In this document: piece by piece, positions 12,960 through 24,192 of the stretch
Layout: every line of letters begins with the position of its first letter
Position numbering within the stretch: the first letter of the stretch is position 1
From: Octopus bimaculoides
Lineage: Eukaryota
Assembly (NCBI RefSeq): GCF_001194135.2
Contig: NC_068982.1
Coordinates: forward strand, 88,476,425 to 88,516,223
Direction of reading: 5' to 3'
DNA length: 39,799 nt
Position numbers and translations under genes: made by a program
Notes under the pieces: generated by a model
Told to the model about the DNA's origin: nothing
The model's input: the letters and a program-made list of their open reading frames with translations, nothing else
Database searches by the model: none

Positions 12960-13135
12960 GCACAGACTATGCCTTTCTTTTGCTGGGCTTAAATCTCATT
13001 TGCGAACTCATGGAAAACAACCTCCACCAACTATTCTACCTGCGTGTCTGTGCACACTTTTCAATTCAATGTATGCCAGAACATCTGCAAATTTAACGGA
13101 GGCTTGAAACGACAATTGAAGATCCACAAAGATCA
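12960..13135 (+). pseudogene. Decayed pair of C2H2 zinc-finger motifs (probably an RTE-type LINE 3' end)
   Basis: RLCLSFAGLKSHLRTH and, in another frame, FNVCQNICKFNGGLKRQLKIH. Flanked by microsatellites. Confidence 0.5.
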
Positions 13136-13157
13136 GAGCCCTTGGTGGTATATTCGG

Positions 13158-13215
<58 letters not shown>

Positions 13216-13589
13216 TGTATAGAAATACAAGCAGATAATATAAATAAATTTCCAACCAAACTAATTATAAAGACGAAGAGGTGGGACTGAAACCATTTGA
13301 AATTTAAAAATTCCACCGAGGTCATAAATGAATAGGCACCTTGAGTAAAACCAAGAAATAGGATTCAACAATGGTGAGCTTCAATACAGGTTTAAGAAAT
13401 GCGATCACACCCCACGGAAGGCAGTTGAACTTTTGAGCCACACCTCAAGTATACTTTCCAGCACAATGAACTACAGGGTAAAAACACACACACACACACA
13501 CACACACGTACACACTAATACGTACGTACATACAGACATATTCTCAAGCACTGCGCTACCAGCACTTACAAAGCTGTACGACACGCAAA

Positions 13590-14260
13590 CAGGATACACT
13601 GGCCCGGCTAGAATTGCAATTACTGAATCAAAATCACTAAAGGACCTGAACAGTGACATGGGCAATGACGCATATTTAGTAATAAAATGCAGTCGACTAC
13701 CTGCATGGATCCTCCGAACATTCACAACGAGAGAAAAGGAAACTATAATGGTCCTTTGGAGAGTATACCTCCTCAGATGGCGGCTTGGACAACTGCTCCC
13801 AGTTATGGTCACCACACAAGATAAAATTAGCGGCGGAATTCCAAGCAATCCTGTTCTCCCTGGATCGAAGGCTGAAAAGATATGCAGGGATATACATCTG
13901 GAAAATCCTGGAAGGCTTTGTGCCAAACTTTGGCATTGAAAGTTACACAAACAGCTGAACGGAGCGCCACTAAATAGTGACAAAGATTCCAGCATCATCA
14001 CCAGAATACAGTGCCAAGCATCAGCTTGGGTTTCAAGGGCCAACAGCTCTTCAATATCCTTGCAAAATGCCTGAGAGACTTCCATGGTTTGGATGTAGGC
14101 GTCTTCAAAACAGAACTGTATTTTCACCTGTCAAGTGTTCCAAATTAGCATACCTCACGCAGGAAACACACATGAAGACAGCAGCATCATAATCCCCCAT
14201 TTTCCAAATGCCACATGTCAGAGGACAATCAATGGTGGTGCCCCAGCTGAAACCATTTAA
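13590..14260 (+). mobile_element. CR1/L2-like LINE RT C-terminus / 3' fragment
   Basis: KSLKDL..DM; KCSRLPAWILRTFTTREKETIMVLWR; later remnants of YW..L..LKL..LERR and GFQGP.LFN.L..LR across frameshifts. Confidence 0.8.
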
Positions 14261-15320
14261 AGATTTAAAGATACANNNNNNNNNNNNNNNNNNNNNNNNN
14301 NNNNNNNNNNNNNNNNNNNNNNNNNNNNNNNNNNNNNNNNNNNNNNNNNNNNNNNNNNNNNNNNNNNNNNNNNNNNNNNNNNNNNNNNNNNNNNNNNNNN
14401 NNNNNNNNNNNNNNNNNNNNNNNNNNNNNNNNNNNNNNNNNNNNNNNNNNNNNNNNNNNNNNNNNNNNNNNNNNNNNNNNNNNNNNNNNNNNNNNNNNNN
14501 NNNNNNNNNNNNNNNNNNNNNNNNNNNNNNNNNNNNNNNNNNNNNNNNNNNNNNNNNNNNNNNNNTATATATATATATATATATATATATCATCCAACTA
14601 CGATGGTAGTTAAATAATATTAATGAGGTTGCAATATTTGCTCACACGCAGCAACTTCAGAGTTTTTCCTCTTATTCAGTTCTTAAACAAATTAAAAAAT
14701 CGTTAACGTGTTTGAAGAGGAATGGTCCCTTGCAACATTTCGGCATAAAAGAATTGAGATGTGGACCAGTAGAATAAAGTTTACATCTAAATTTGTAGCA
14801 ACGTTATAGTAGTATAAGTAACGTCTCCAATCAAGTTTAGATCTAAATAACGTTTTTATTTTAAAAACAAAATATATTTATCTTTGCAACATTGATAAAA
14901 GAAGCCACGAGAAATCACATAGTTTTGATCCCATGCAAGAAAAGTTTGTATCAGATGAGTTGTGAGGTAAAATATCATGAAATAATTATAAGGCAAAAAA
15001 CTGAACGTAAGTATAATTATTTTTATATTTTAAAAGCAATTTATATTTTAATGAAATTTAAACGATAGAGCTCAATGTCATGGATCGTTCCAATGCAATG
15101 AAGTTTTAAATGAAAAAGGTTATGAGCGTTTGGTTTTCAAATTTGAGGGTGATAATATAGTTCTATTCATTTTTATGAAAATAGTTCTATATGGGACCTT
15201 TTCATATATGTCACCGGTATCATTGAGGTAAGAACAAAATTATCAACGACAGCCTGTAAAAAACATGAATCACACGAAAAGATGCGAGCAAAAGAGATAA
15301 TATTCATAAGATTATAAACC

Positions 15321-15397
15321 TGGAAAAGTACAGGACAAGTTATTACACTTGGAAAAGTTCAGGACAAGTTATTACATCTGGTAAAGTACAGAACAAG
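15321..15397 (+). repeat. 29-bp minisatellite, ~2.6 copies
   Basis: Unit tggaaaagtacaggacaagttattacact starts at 15321, 15350 and 15379. Confidence 0.9.
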
Positions 15398-16229
15398 AAA
15401 ATTTTTACTTGAAATATTGCAGCTTAGGATAAAATTTGAAATAATATATATATATATATATACATGTCTCTTAAAAGATAGAGCTCAAAATCAATGCATT
15501 GAAGATACTTTATTGCAGCAACAATTATAATAACAGAAACAACAATAAGCCAAACCTATGCACATTTCAGTAGGGTATCCCGGATAAATAAACCACATCA
15601 TAAGATGTCTCGTAAAATATTGTAACAAATTACAACNNNNNNNNNNNNNNNNNNNNNNNNNNNNNNNNNNNNNNNNNNNNNNNNNNNNNNNNNNNNNNNN
15701 NNNNNNNNNNNNNNNNNNNNNNNNNNNNNNNNNNNNNNNNNNNNNNNNNNNNNNNNNNNNNNNNNNNNNNNNNNNNNNNNNNNNNNNNNNNNNNNNNNNN
15801 NNNNNNNNNNNNNNNNNNNNNNNNNNNNNNNNNNNNNNNNNNNNNNNNNNNNNNNNNNNNNNNNNNNNNNNNNNNNNNNNNNNNNNNNNNNNNNNNNNNN
15901 NNNNNNNNNNNNNNNNNNNNNNNNNNNNNNNNNNNNNNNNNNNNNNNNNNNNNNNNNNNNNNNNNNNNNNNNNNNNNNNNNNNNNNNNNNNNNNNNNNNN
16001 NNNNNNNNNNNNNNNNNNNNNNNNNNNNNNNNNNNNNNNNNNNNNNNNNNNNNNNNNNNNNNNTTAGATAAGGCGAGAAGGAAGTAGATGTAAAATATTG
16101 AAGGTTGAAAACACAGGAAACCAAAAAGAAAAAAAGAAAAAACGGAGAATTAGAGTTTGGTTCATTTGGACCTTAAAGTCATAAGGCTAAATGGACGGGC
16201 TTATAGTATGCTCAATTCAGAGTGGTTGG

Positions 16230-17040
16230 TATTTCCTAATTCGCCATCGGCTGAAAATTTCACATCTGGAATTTAGCAGTGCACTGGAGTTTTTGGATCT
16301 GCAAAGGAACTGTGATCTTTCAGCTAGCATACCTTATATTCTATTGGTCCGTTGACATATGGTATAAAATTTGCAACCATATTCCACAGGATTGTATGAG
16401 GTGTGGCGTTGGTCTTCAAAGCTCATACGTGGCTGGGAAACCTAAGTAGTTTTGTCCTTCTGTCGGAAGGATGATATGTGGTTAGCATAGCGATATTTGA
16501 AGTTGCTTCCATATACCCGATGTTCCTATTTTTTCAGTTATGTTATAATCTAGTGTTGCTGTAACTTCTGCTTCATATATGACATATTCAATCATCTACT
16601 CCTTGTTGAGTGGACAGGTTTCTGGGTCTCGAAGGTTACAACTGGGAGTAGGCTATTCGTGGTGTTTTCGTGTAATGACGCTCCTCATATTGGAGCAGCA
16701 TTTATACGATTGTTTGAATGAGCGCCCCTTTGAATATCTATCTTTACTTGTGATTTACGGTGAAACACTTGTCTAAAAGACAAAGGAATCTTTTACGTAT
16801 GCTGCTTTTGACATATGGAAAGTGTGTGACTGTGTGTGTGTGGGCAGGATGAGCCAAATTATTCCATAAGGTTTATTTCTAGGTCTATTTATGTTATTTG
16901 TACTATTATTAGAGGGGCAGTAAATTGATTCATCATTAAAGCCGTTATTGGTTAGGACACTGTTGTTTTCTCGAAAACATATTAAAAGGAACAGTGGTTA
17001 GATATTGAGTTGCTAATGTTGGCTATCAGGTTTTTAAATA
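16230..17040 (-). mobile_element. Penelope-like element 3' half: RT thumb, CxC..CPL and GIY-YIG
   Basis: IFKNLIANISNSIS; IIWLILP; CNLRDPETCPLNKE; YVIYEAEVT; FKYRYANHISSF; SHV*ALK..TILW; LLNSRCEIFSR. Confidence 0.8.
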
Positions 17041-18060
17041 GTATGGGTGGGCGACAAGACTGTTTTTGTATGTATGAAAGTTTGCCGTTGATCTATACCG
17101 AGGCGATGGATTGGGCATTTACTTTGGCTGTGATGGGCACACCTTAAATAAATTTAGGAAACAACACACCTCCACCGTTAATCAGTTAGGCCTTAAAAAC
17201 ACAATCGCTACTAATCTGTCAAACGGTGATTATTTTGATGCTTCATTTGACCTAAACACTTCTTATAATCGTTACCATAATCCCAGCTAGAAATTTTCCT
17301 CCATACACAAGCAATCGTTGTATCCTACATACACAAGCAAACCTATAGTGTTTAAAAGCCTGATAGCTTACCCACTCACTTCAGTCTTAATGTAGTCTCA
17401 AACGTGGCGGGTATTTTTTTTTTCAAGCTATAAACAAACACTTCGCTACGTCCAACACATATAAAATTGTCAGTAGCCACATCGTTAAACTAATTTACTC
17501 TAAGATGCCTAATATTACTGAATGTATAGCAAAATTAACAGTTGTAAATTAAGCTGTACAGGTAATAACCCTATAACTAATGACTTCCCATTTAATACCA
17601 CCACTCATAGCCATAAAAATCACTGCAATATCATATCTAATATAAATGATCAATATACTGGTGCACCTAATTCTAGTAATAAAGCTATTAATGATAGTCA
17701 AGCTGGACCGATTATACCTGCCAATATTTAAGCTAATTTTGCTTTATGTAAATTATGTAATTGTGTCAAATTCATAACTAGTGCCTTAAAAAAAGATTAT
17801 GTTGTATAAATACTGTATCATTAGTCATAGTGTTGTACAGGTTTATATTGGTGCGTCCTCATGTTTATTTAGACTTCGCTGGAATAATTACAAATCGATA
17901 TCCAGACATAACGATAGGGCTTATAGTTCATATATAGCTGAATTTGTACATTCTCTCACTAGTAATAACATTGAATATAAAACTGTTTGTCCCATTTTAT
18001 TGATGTGTAGCCATATAAAGATGACGGTTGTTGTGGTGGGTTCAGTGTATCGGAGACGTT
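17041..18060 (+). mobile_element. Penelope-like element fragment from RT core to GIY-YIG
   Basis: MGGRQD; DYFDASFDLNTSYNRYH; AINKHF; VKLIYSKMPNI; CNCVK; VYIGASSCLFRLRWNNYKS..SYIAEFVHSL..IEYK. Confidence 0.75.
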
Positions 18061-18123
<63 letters not shown>

Positions 18124-18124
18124 T

Positions 18125-18178
18125 ATGGTCGCAGTCAAGTGACTGAAACAAGTAAAAGAATAAAATAATAAAAGAATA
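18125..18178 (+). mobile_element. SINE family A 3' tail fragment
   Basis: gcagtcaagtgactgaaacaagtaaaagaataaa is the reverse complement of the ends at 1411 and 27095. Confidence 0.65.
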
Positions 18179-18211
18179 TATATATGTGTGTGCGTGTGTG
18201 TGTGTGTGTTT

Positions 18212-18255
<44 letters not shown>

Positions 18256-18920
18256 NNNNNNNNNNNNNNNNNNNNNNNNNNNNNNNNNNNNNNNNNNNNN
18301 NNNNNNNNNNNNNNNNNNNNNNNNNNNNNNNNNNNNNNNNNNNNNNNNNNNNNNNNNNNNNNNNNNNNNNNNNNNNNNNNNNNNNNNNNNNNNNNNNNNN
18401 NNNNNNNNNNNNNNNNNNNNNNNNNNNNNNNNNNNNNNNNNNNNNNNNNNNNNNNNNNNNNNNNNNNNNNNNNNNNNNNNNNNNNNNNNNNNNNNNNNNN
18501 NNNNNNNNNNNNNNNNNNNNNNNNNNNNNNNNNNNNNNNNNNNNNNNNNNNNNNNNNNNNNNNNNNNNNNNNNNNNNNNNNNNNNNNNNNNNNNNNNNNN
18601 NNNNNNNNNNNNNNNNNNNNNNNNNNNNNNNNNNNNNNNNNNNNNNNNNNNNNNNNNNNNNNNNNNNNNNNNNNNNNNNNNNNNNNNNNNNNNNNNNNNN
18701 NNNNNNNNNNNNNNNNNNNNNNNNNNNNNNNNNNNNNNNNNNNNNNNNNNNNNNNNNNNNNNNNNNNNNNNNNNNNNNNNNNNNNNNNNNNNNNNNNNNN
18801 NNNNNNNNNNNNNNNNNNNNNNNNNNNNNNNNNNNNNNNNNNNNNNNNNNNNNNNNNNNNNNNNNNNNNNNNNNNNNNNNNNNNNNNNNNNNNNNNNNNN
18901 NNNNNNNNNNNNTATATATA

Positions 18921-18956
<36 letters not shown>

Positions 18957-19114
18957 TGTATACATACATACATATATACATACGCACACACAGTCATAGA
19001 CAAAGACACACAGACACAAACACACATGTATGCATATATGCAGGGTGGAGCAGAGCGTACGGACGTTTTCGAAAAATTCATAGCATCGTTAATTTTACCG
19101 CAAACAAATTTTAT

Positions 19115-19830
19115 TGACATCTTTTACTTTCAACATTCTCGGTTTGCTGCATGAATTAATCATGTGGTTCCATTTCTTTGTCATACTGTTCTTCCTTTTC
19201 TCTTTGAATTCTCCTGCTGTTTCTGTCACTTTTTGCGTATCTCTAGCTACCTATATTATTCCATCCTTACTCTGCACAACATAATTTTTCAGACCCAGTA
19301 TCGCAGTATTAACAGTATCTTCTGCGGTTAGTAGTTCTCTAATTACCTCCTTTCTTAGTAGAAAGAGTCGGTCGGTATTACATTTAGGGTGGAATGCGTT
19401 GTGCATTGAGAGGAGCTTTTTGTTCTTCAATTCAAGTTCTGTAGTTTGGCCGTTGTCCATTTCTGAAAGAGAGCGGAGTATCTCAGTACAGGCATAAACC
19501 ATGTATTTATAGTCTTAATGACGTTTCCTGCATATAATTTTATGTCGAGAATCTTCCTAATTCTTTTCTTATACTCATTAGTGACTGTCTCTATCATTTC
19601 TCCTTCCATTATCATATTGTCTTGTAGCACTCCTAGGTATTTTTATCCCTCATTATTCCACTGTGATTTAATGGTGTTGTTTTGTGTTAATCTTAAACCA
19701 TCAGACTTTACCTTCTGGCTTTTCTTCATAATTAGTACTGCGCACCTATTTACCACAGATATGTTTACAGAATACTCTCACTGTTGGATCATTTTTTGCA
19801 TATAGTTTGAGGTCATACAAACAAAGTAGG
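19115..19830 (-). mobile_element. R4/Dong-like fragment: RT YxDD region and thumb
   Basis: INHLLCLYDLKLYAKN (from INHLLYMDDLKLYAK); LQDNMIMEGEM...EYKKRIRKILDIKLYAGNVIKTINTW.MPVLRYSA; TDRLFLLRKE..RELLTAEDTV. Confidence 0.85.
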
Positions 19831-19984
19831 TGATTTATTATTATTATTGTTGCTGTTGTAGTTGTTATTGTTGCTTTTCTTGTTGATGTTGTTGCTGCAG
19901 TCATTGGTATCGTCGTCGCTCTTATTATTGCCCCGATGCTCTCCACTATTTTATATTCCGAGTTATCTCTGTTATGTGTCCGCT

Positions 19985-20330
19985 CAATTCTAGAAGCAAC
20001 ACTTTCCTCAACACTAGCGCTCTCCTGAGCCTGACAGCCAACTGTGTTCTTCCAGTGATGACTGGTAGTTCCAGCATCTCATGCCAGATGATTTTATGCC
20101 CTTATAGATGGTTTAAAATGCATCAGTTGCGATCACAGGCACTCTTGAGGCTCTATAAATACGTCACCTTTCAAATGCCAGGTCTTGATAATTTTCGATT
20201 TTCTCATTACCTATCCTCTCAATAGTTTGGTCTGCATGTACTGTTACCTGAATTAAGATCCATTCTTTGGTCTCCTTAGGTAGGAATGTGATGTCTTGTC
20301 AATTATAATCTGTATAAATTATACCCCATG
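19985..20330 (-). mobile_element. R4/Dong-like RLE C-terminal fragment
   Basis: PKETKEWILIQVTVHADQ....EKIENYQDLA; ends ALVLRKVL. An AAC/AAT-rich tract (19830-19930) follows. Confidence 0.7.
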
Positions 20331-21101
20331 TGAATTTCACTTGACCATTTACTGCGACTGGCAATGGTCACTATTTGTACTCGGTACACTTTAGCCTGTA
20401 CATTCTGCCAGCTGTAGTGCTTTGTTATGACTTTACGCGTACTCTTTGTGGGACAGTTTTGTACATGCCTAACTATTTCAAGTGGGCTTCCTCAAAATCT
20501 ACGCAGGTGTTTCTGCATGTGATTGTATTTGTTCGCATTAAAAAGAAATATGAAGTATTGCAACGAAATTTGAATATTGTACAGATTTTGGAAGCCAAAT
20601 ACTACACGTTTTTGTGGTACCTCAGGAGAGGCATTATGCCAATAATAAACATACACACTGGGCATGACGCAGCTACATATTTTTCAGCATACGAGTTCAC
20701 ATAAACGATCTTGCAAACCAAGATGTGAAATAAAACAGTTTTTCTTCTGAATTTTCGATTTAAAACAGTCTTTGTTACAACTGAAAACATACATGAGCAA
20801 TGGACAGTGTCCAGGCTAACAATCATCTCCACAGATTCTGTAGAGACCGGAAAACAGAATGTGAGATTTGAAATATTCCTAGTGAGAGATGTTATTGCAA
20901 AAGCAGTTAAATACTCCCACCACGCACCGAGAATTTTGTGGTTTTTATGCTGCACTAGTCTCTCGTTTAGTTTACGTAGCTTTACAATTATATTATAGAA
21001 AATATACACATGCTTTGGGGTACCGAATTTTATTTCTACTTGTATCACCAAACATGTGGCTATATTACTGTCTATTTGTGGCTGTTTGGTAACAGGTTTG
21101 C

Positions 21102-21230
21102 TTAACAACCGCATGCTTCTGGGTTCAGTTCCACTCCGTTGTAAATAAGGTGTCTTCTACTATAGTCTTGGTCCGACCAAAGCTTTGCCAATGGATTTCG
21201 TAGAAGGAAACTGTGCAGATACCACACACA
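21102..21230 (+). mobile_element. SINE family A 5' fragment
   Basis: gggttcagttccact..gtgtcttctactatagtcttggtccgaccaaagct..ggattt.gtaga.ggaaactg, followed by a CA run. Confidence 0.7.
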
Positions 21231-21707
21231 CACACACACACACATGCATGCACATGCATGCACATGCACACACATATACAGTTGGTTATGCAAAGAAAAC
21301 ATAACTCAACATTAATAAGCAGCATAAGCTACAGAATTATTCAAAGGACGAGAGTTTCGTGCATTGGTTCTTATCACGAAGCTGTCGGCGCTTGAGTCAT
21401 TCTGTTACTTATGCCGATTAATTAATTAATTATAAAGGACACACACATACATATATATAAATCAGCGAAAGTTTTCTTTCTATTAAGTCTTAATATTTGT
21501 AATTGAGTGGGAGAATAGGATGTTCTTGCCTTTCTGTCTTTTTAACAGTATTATTATCAGTCTAATTGATTTCCTAATTGTGTAGAAGTCTCGTCTTATC
21601 GCTGTATTGTTATCTGCTTTACAGTTCAGATAACTTAATTTTGAGGAACTTATTTCTTACGCAAATACAAGAGAAAAACTGTATGTCATTTTGTTTAATC
21701 AGTTACA

Positions 21708-21790
21708 TTGATCTCAGTACAATAGCGCTTCTTCCTTTATCGATCTCAAACGGATGACAAGCAAAGTCAATTCAAGTGAAATCGAAAATC
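21708..21790 (-). mobile_element. Decayed SINE fragment with CORE-like central domain
   Basis: tttatcgatctcaaacggatgacaagcaaagtcaa resembles the reverse complement of the CORE-SINE motif ttccatcctttcggggtcgataaa (from memory). Confidence 0.45.
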
Positions 21791-22175
21791 TAAAATAAAT
21801 AGTATAATCAATTTATATCCATGATCCAATGGTAGCCTTTTATACCCTCCTCTTAAATTCTAATTATTGCTATTGTTATCTTCAAAATTACTTTTTTGGC
21901 TATTGTTGAATCTTTTGCTGTTTAAAGATGACATTTTGTCGAGAAGTAAATAAGATGTAATTATATTTTTATATATAATTTGGTCGTGAGAGAATCAATA
22001 TCACACTTCTACGAAGATAATACTATACGTAGTCACTTGACACACTAAATATTGCAGCTGACTTGGGAACGGTAAGGAGATAAATGAGTCTGTCAAGGAA
22101 TCTCAGTTGCCAACGCACTCTTGCATACACTATTTTCTTTTTTTCTTTTTGGTTCATATATGTCTGGTCAACATA

Positions 22176-22180
<5 letters not shown>

Positions 22181-22250
<70 letters not shown>
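22181..22250. repeat. (AT)35 microsatellite
   Basis: Pure AT run; explains the poly-YI ORFs here. Confidence 0.95.
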
Positions 22251-22252
<2 letters not shown>

Positions 22253-23199
22253 GTGTACACGTGTATCTGTGCCAGTGCTTATGTGTATATATCTAAGATA
22301 AAATATCCTTAAATTTTGGTCAAATGTTTCATTTAGCAGGCTGTCATTGCGGCGCATGTTATTGATTTTGCTAGAGGAGCCTGTCGTCTAGCAAGATCAA
22401 TAGTTCAATAGACTTATTAGAATAATGACTATTAGAATCTTAGATAAAATAAGCTAATGCGTAACGCTCTCGAACTCTTTTGCAATTTCATGTTATAAAA
22501 ATAATTTAAATTTTCATGAAATCAACTCATTATCATATCATTTTATATATTTGTAGATAGTTATAAGGTTTTTTTTTTATTTTAGTCTTTCAAAGAGAAA
22601 CAAATCATATATATGTCTTCACATAAGTAAAATATAGCGAGAAAGTACCTGAATGGTTCTGGTAAAAAGAGGTTACCCAGTGAAATCTGTTGACTGGCAA
22701 TTACACTAGGGGATGAGACGATATCAGACTGGAGAAGTGTGTAATTTGTAAGCCCTGAATCACCCTATGATGATTTAGGCTTATCAATCTATGCAGAATA
22801 AATAAAACACGATGAAAAAGGAAGGAGCCTTACGTTCAAATTTTCTCCGTTGATATTAGAACATCGTAGCCGAAAACTGCACTTTGGCTTTCAATTTTGA
22901 TCAATTCCTGACATATGCTATTTCTTTATTCCACACACGGTCCATAACTGTAATTCAGAGTTGTAAAAAAAAAAAAAAGCTTTCAACAGAGTCCAAATAT
23001 CAAGCGGTTAAGAAAAGTGACATACACGAAACATCACATCTGAATATAAATATAAATAATATATTGACCTGTTTGTATATAAAACTAAATTCTAAATTCA
23101 CACCGAGAGACTTTTGAGACAATCAAAGCATTATCAAGATCACTAAATATATAATAGATTAAAATACTCCTATAGACTCTGCTTAGCACCTACTCAACT

Positions 23200-23990
23200 A
23201 TTTATAGTCTGCGATATCATGTATCTCATCGTTCAACGTGGTCTGGCTTGCGAGTGATAATCACCCTCATTTTTGGGCAGCAGCTGTATGATATTTGTAC
23301 AGGACGTCTATAAAAAAGTTTCCCGTATTTGTGGTTTCCTACGGAATTTTTATCTGATAATGCCAGAAATTTTTTGCTTATCTTAATCATAATTTTCAAA
23401 GGAAAAGGTGGCGATTTATGCTATATTCTCTAGTCTATTTCCAGATTTGTTAATTGAAGGGTTTAAGATATTTTGCTTTGAAGCCGCTGTTAGCCAAGGA
23501 TTTTTATAGTTGGAGGCTGCTTTATCAAAACATTCCATAGAAAAAGCGAGATTAAATGTCCTATTACTGATATCGCCAATTAAGGTTTTAAACACACTAG
23601 GATGTATGTGACAGAAACTGTTTATCTTTATTTGTGAGTTTCTAATTCGGTTTATGATAGGGCTTAAAAGAGTATGAGTTTAATTTTAGGAAACCCCTTA
23701 GAAATCAAACATTGATTAATCTTTACAATAATTTTGAGGCTTAAAGGTCTAAAGGTGCGTATGATGTCTTTCCTAAATTTACCGAGTATCTGCCCATCAC
23801 AATCGGTGATATGCTCAAAGCACGTCACAGTATAGACCATTATCATGGAGTGGGAATTTTGATCTCAATGTATCTAATATATAGAAACCTACAAAATCAT
23901 AGGTAACAGCACTGTCGTACAATCTCATCAATATATCAAAAATTTAATGTGTTTCGGATTTTTTTAACCCGTGTGGAGACGATATTCAAT
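23200..23990 (-). mobile_element. Penelope-like element RT fragment
   Basis: DFVGFYILDTL..DNGLYCDVL; DGQILGKFRKDIIRTF..LSLKIIV; ISNRTFNL...FDKAASNY; PPF...ISKKFLAL.DK..HKYGKLF; VQISYSCCPKM. Confidence 0.8.
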
Positions 23991-24164
23991 AAAACTCGTT
24001 TTCGTGCGTGCATAATTAATTCCACTTCTATATTTTTCTGCCTTTTCCAGCAATGATGGTAAATTAGATTTAAATGTTGAAGTGAATCTAACGGTTTTTG
24101 TGTGTTTGAAATGGCTTATAAACACCTTCCACGCTGTAATTGTTTATATATATATATATAAACA

Positions 24165-24192
24165 CAAGCAGTGCATCCCGGCGTTGCCCGGG
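24165..24192 (-). mobile_element. Probable Helitron-type 3' terminus (GC hairpin plus degenerate CTAG)
   Basis: Minus strand cccgg-gcaacg-ccggg hairpin, 8 nt upstream of CTTG (CTAG variant), next to an AT tract. Confidence 0.45.

Noticed and set aside
15321-15397. 29-bp repeats resembling a CRISPR array
   Set aside because: The units are contiguous with no spacers, and the context is eukaryotic; this is a minisatellite.
19042-19075. cagggtgg start resembling a Tc1-type TIR
   Set aside because: No partner TIR or transposase was found.
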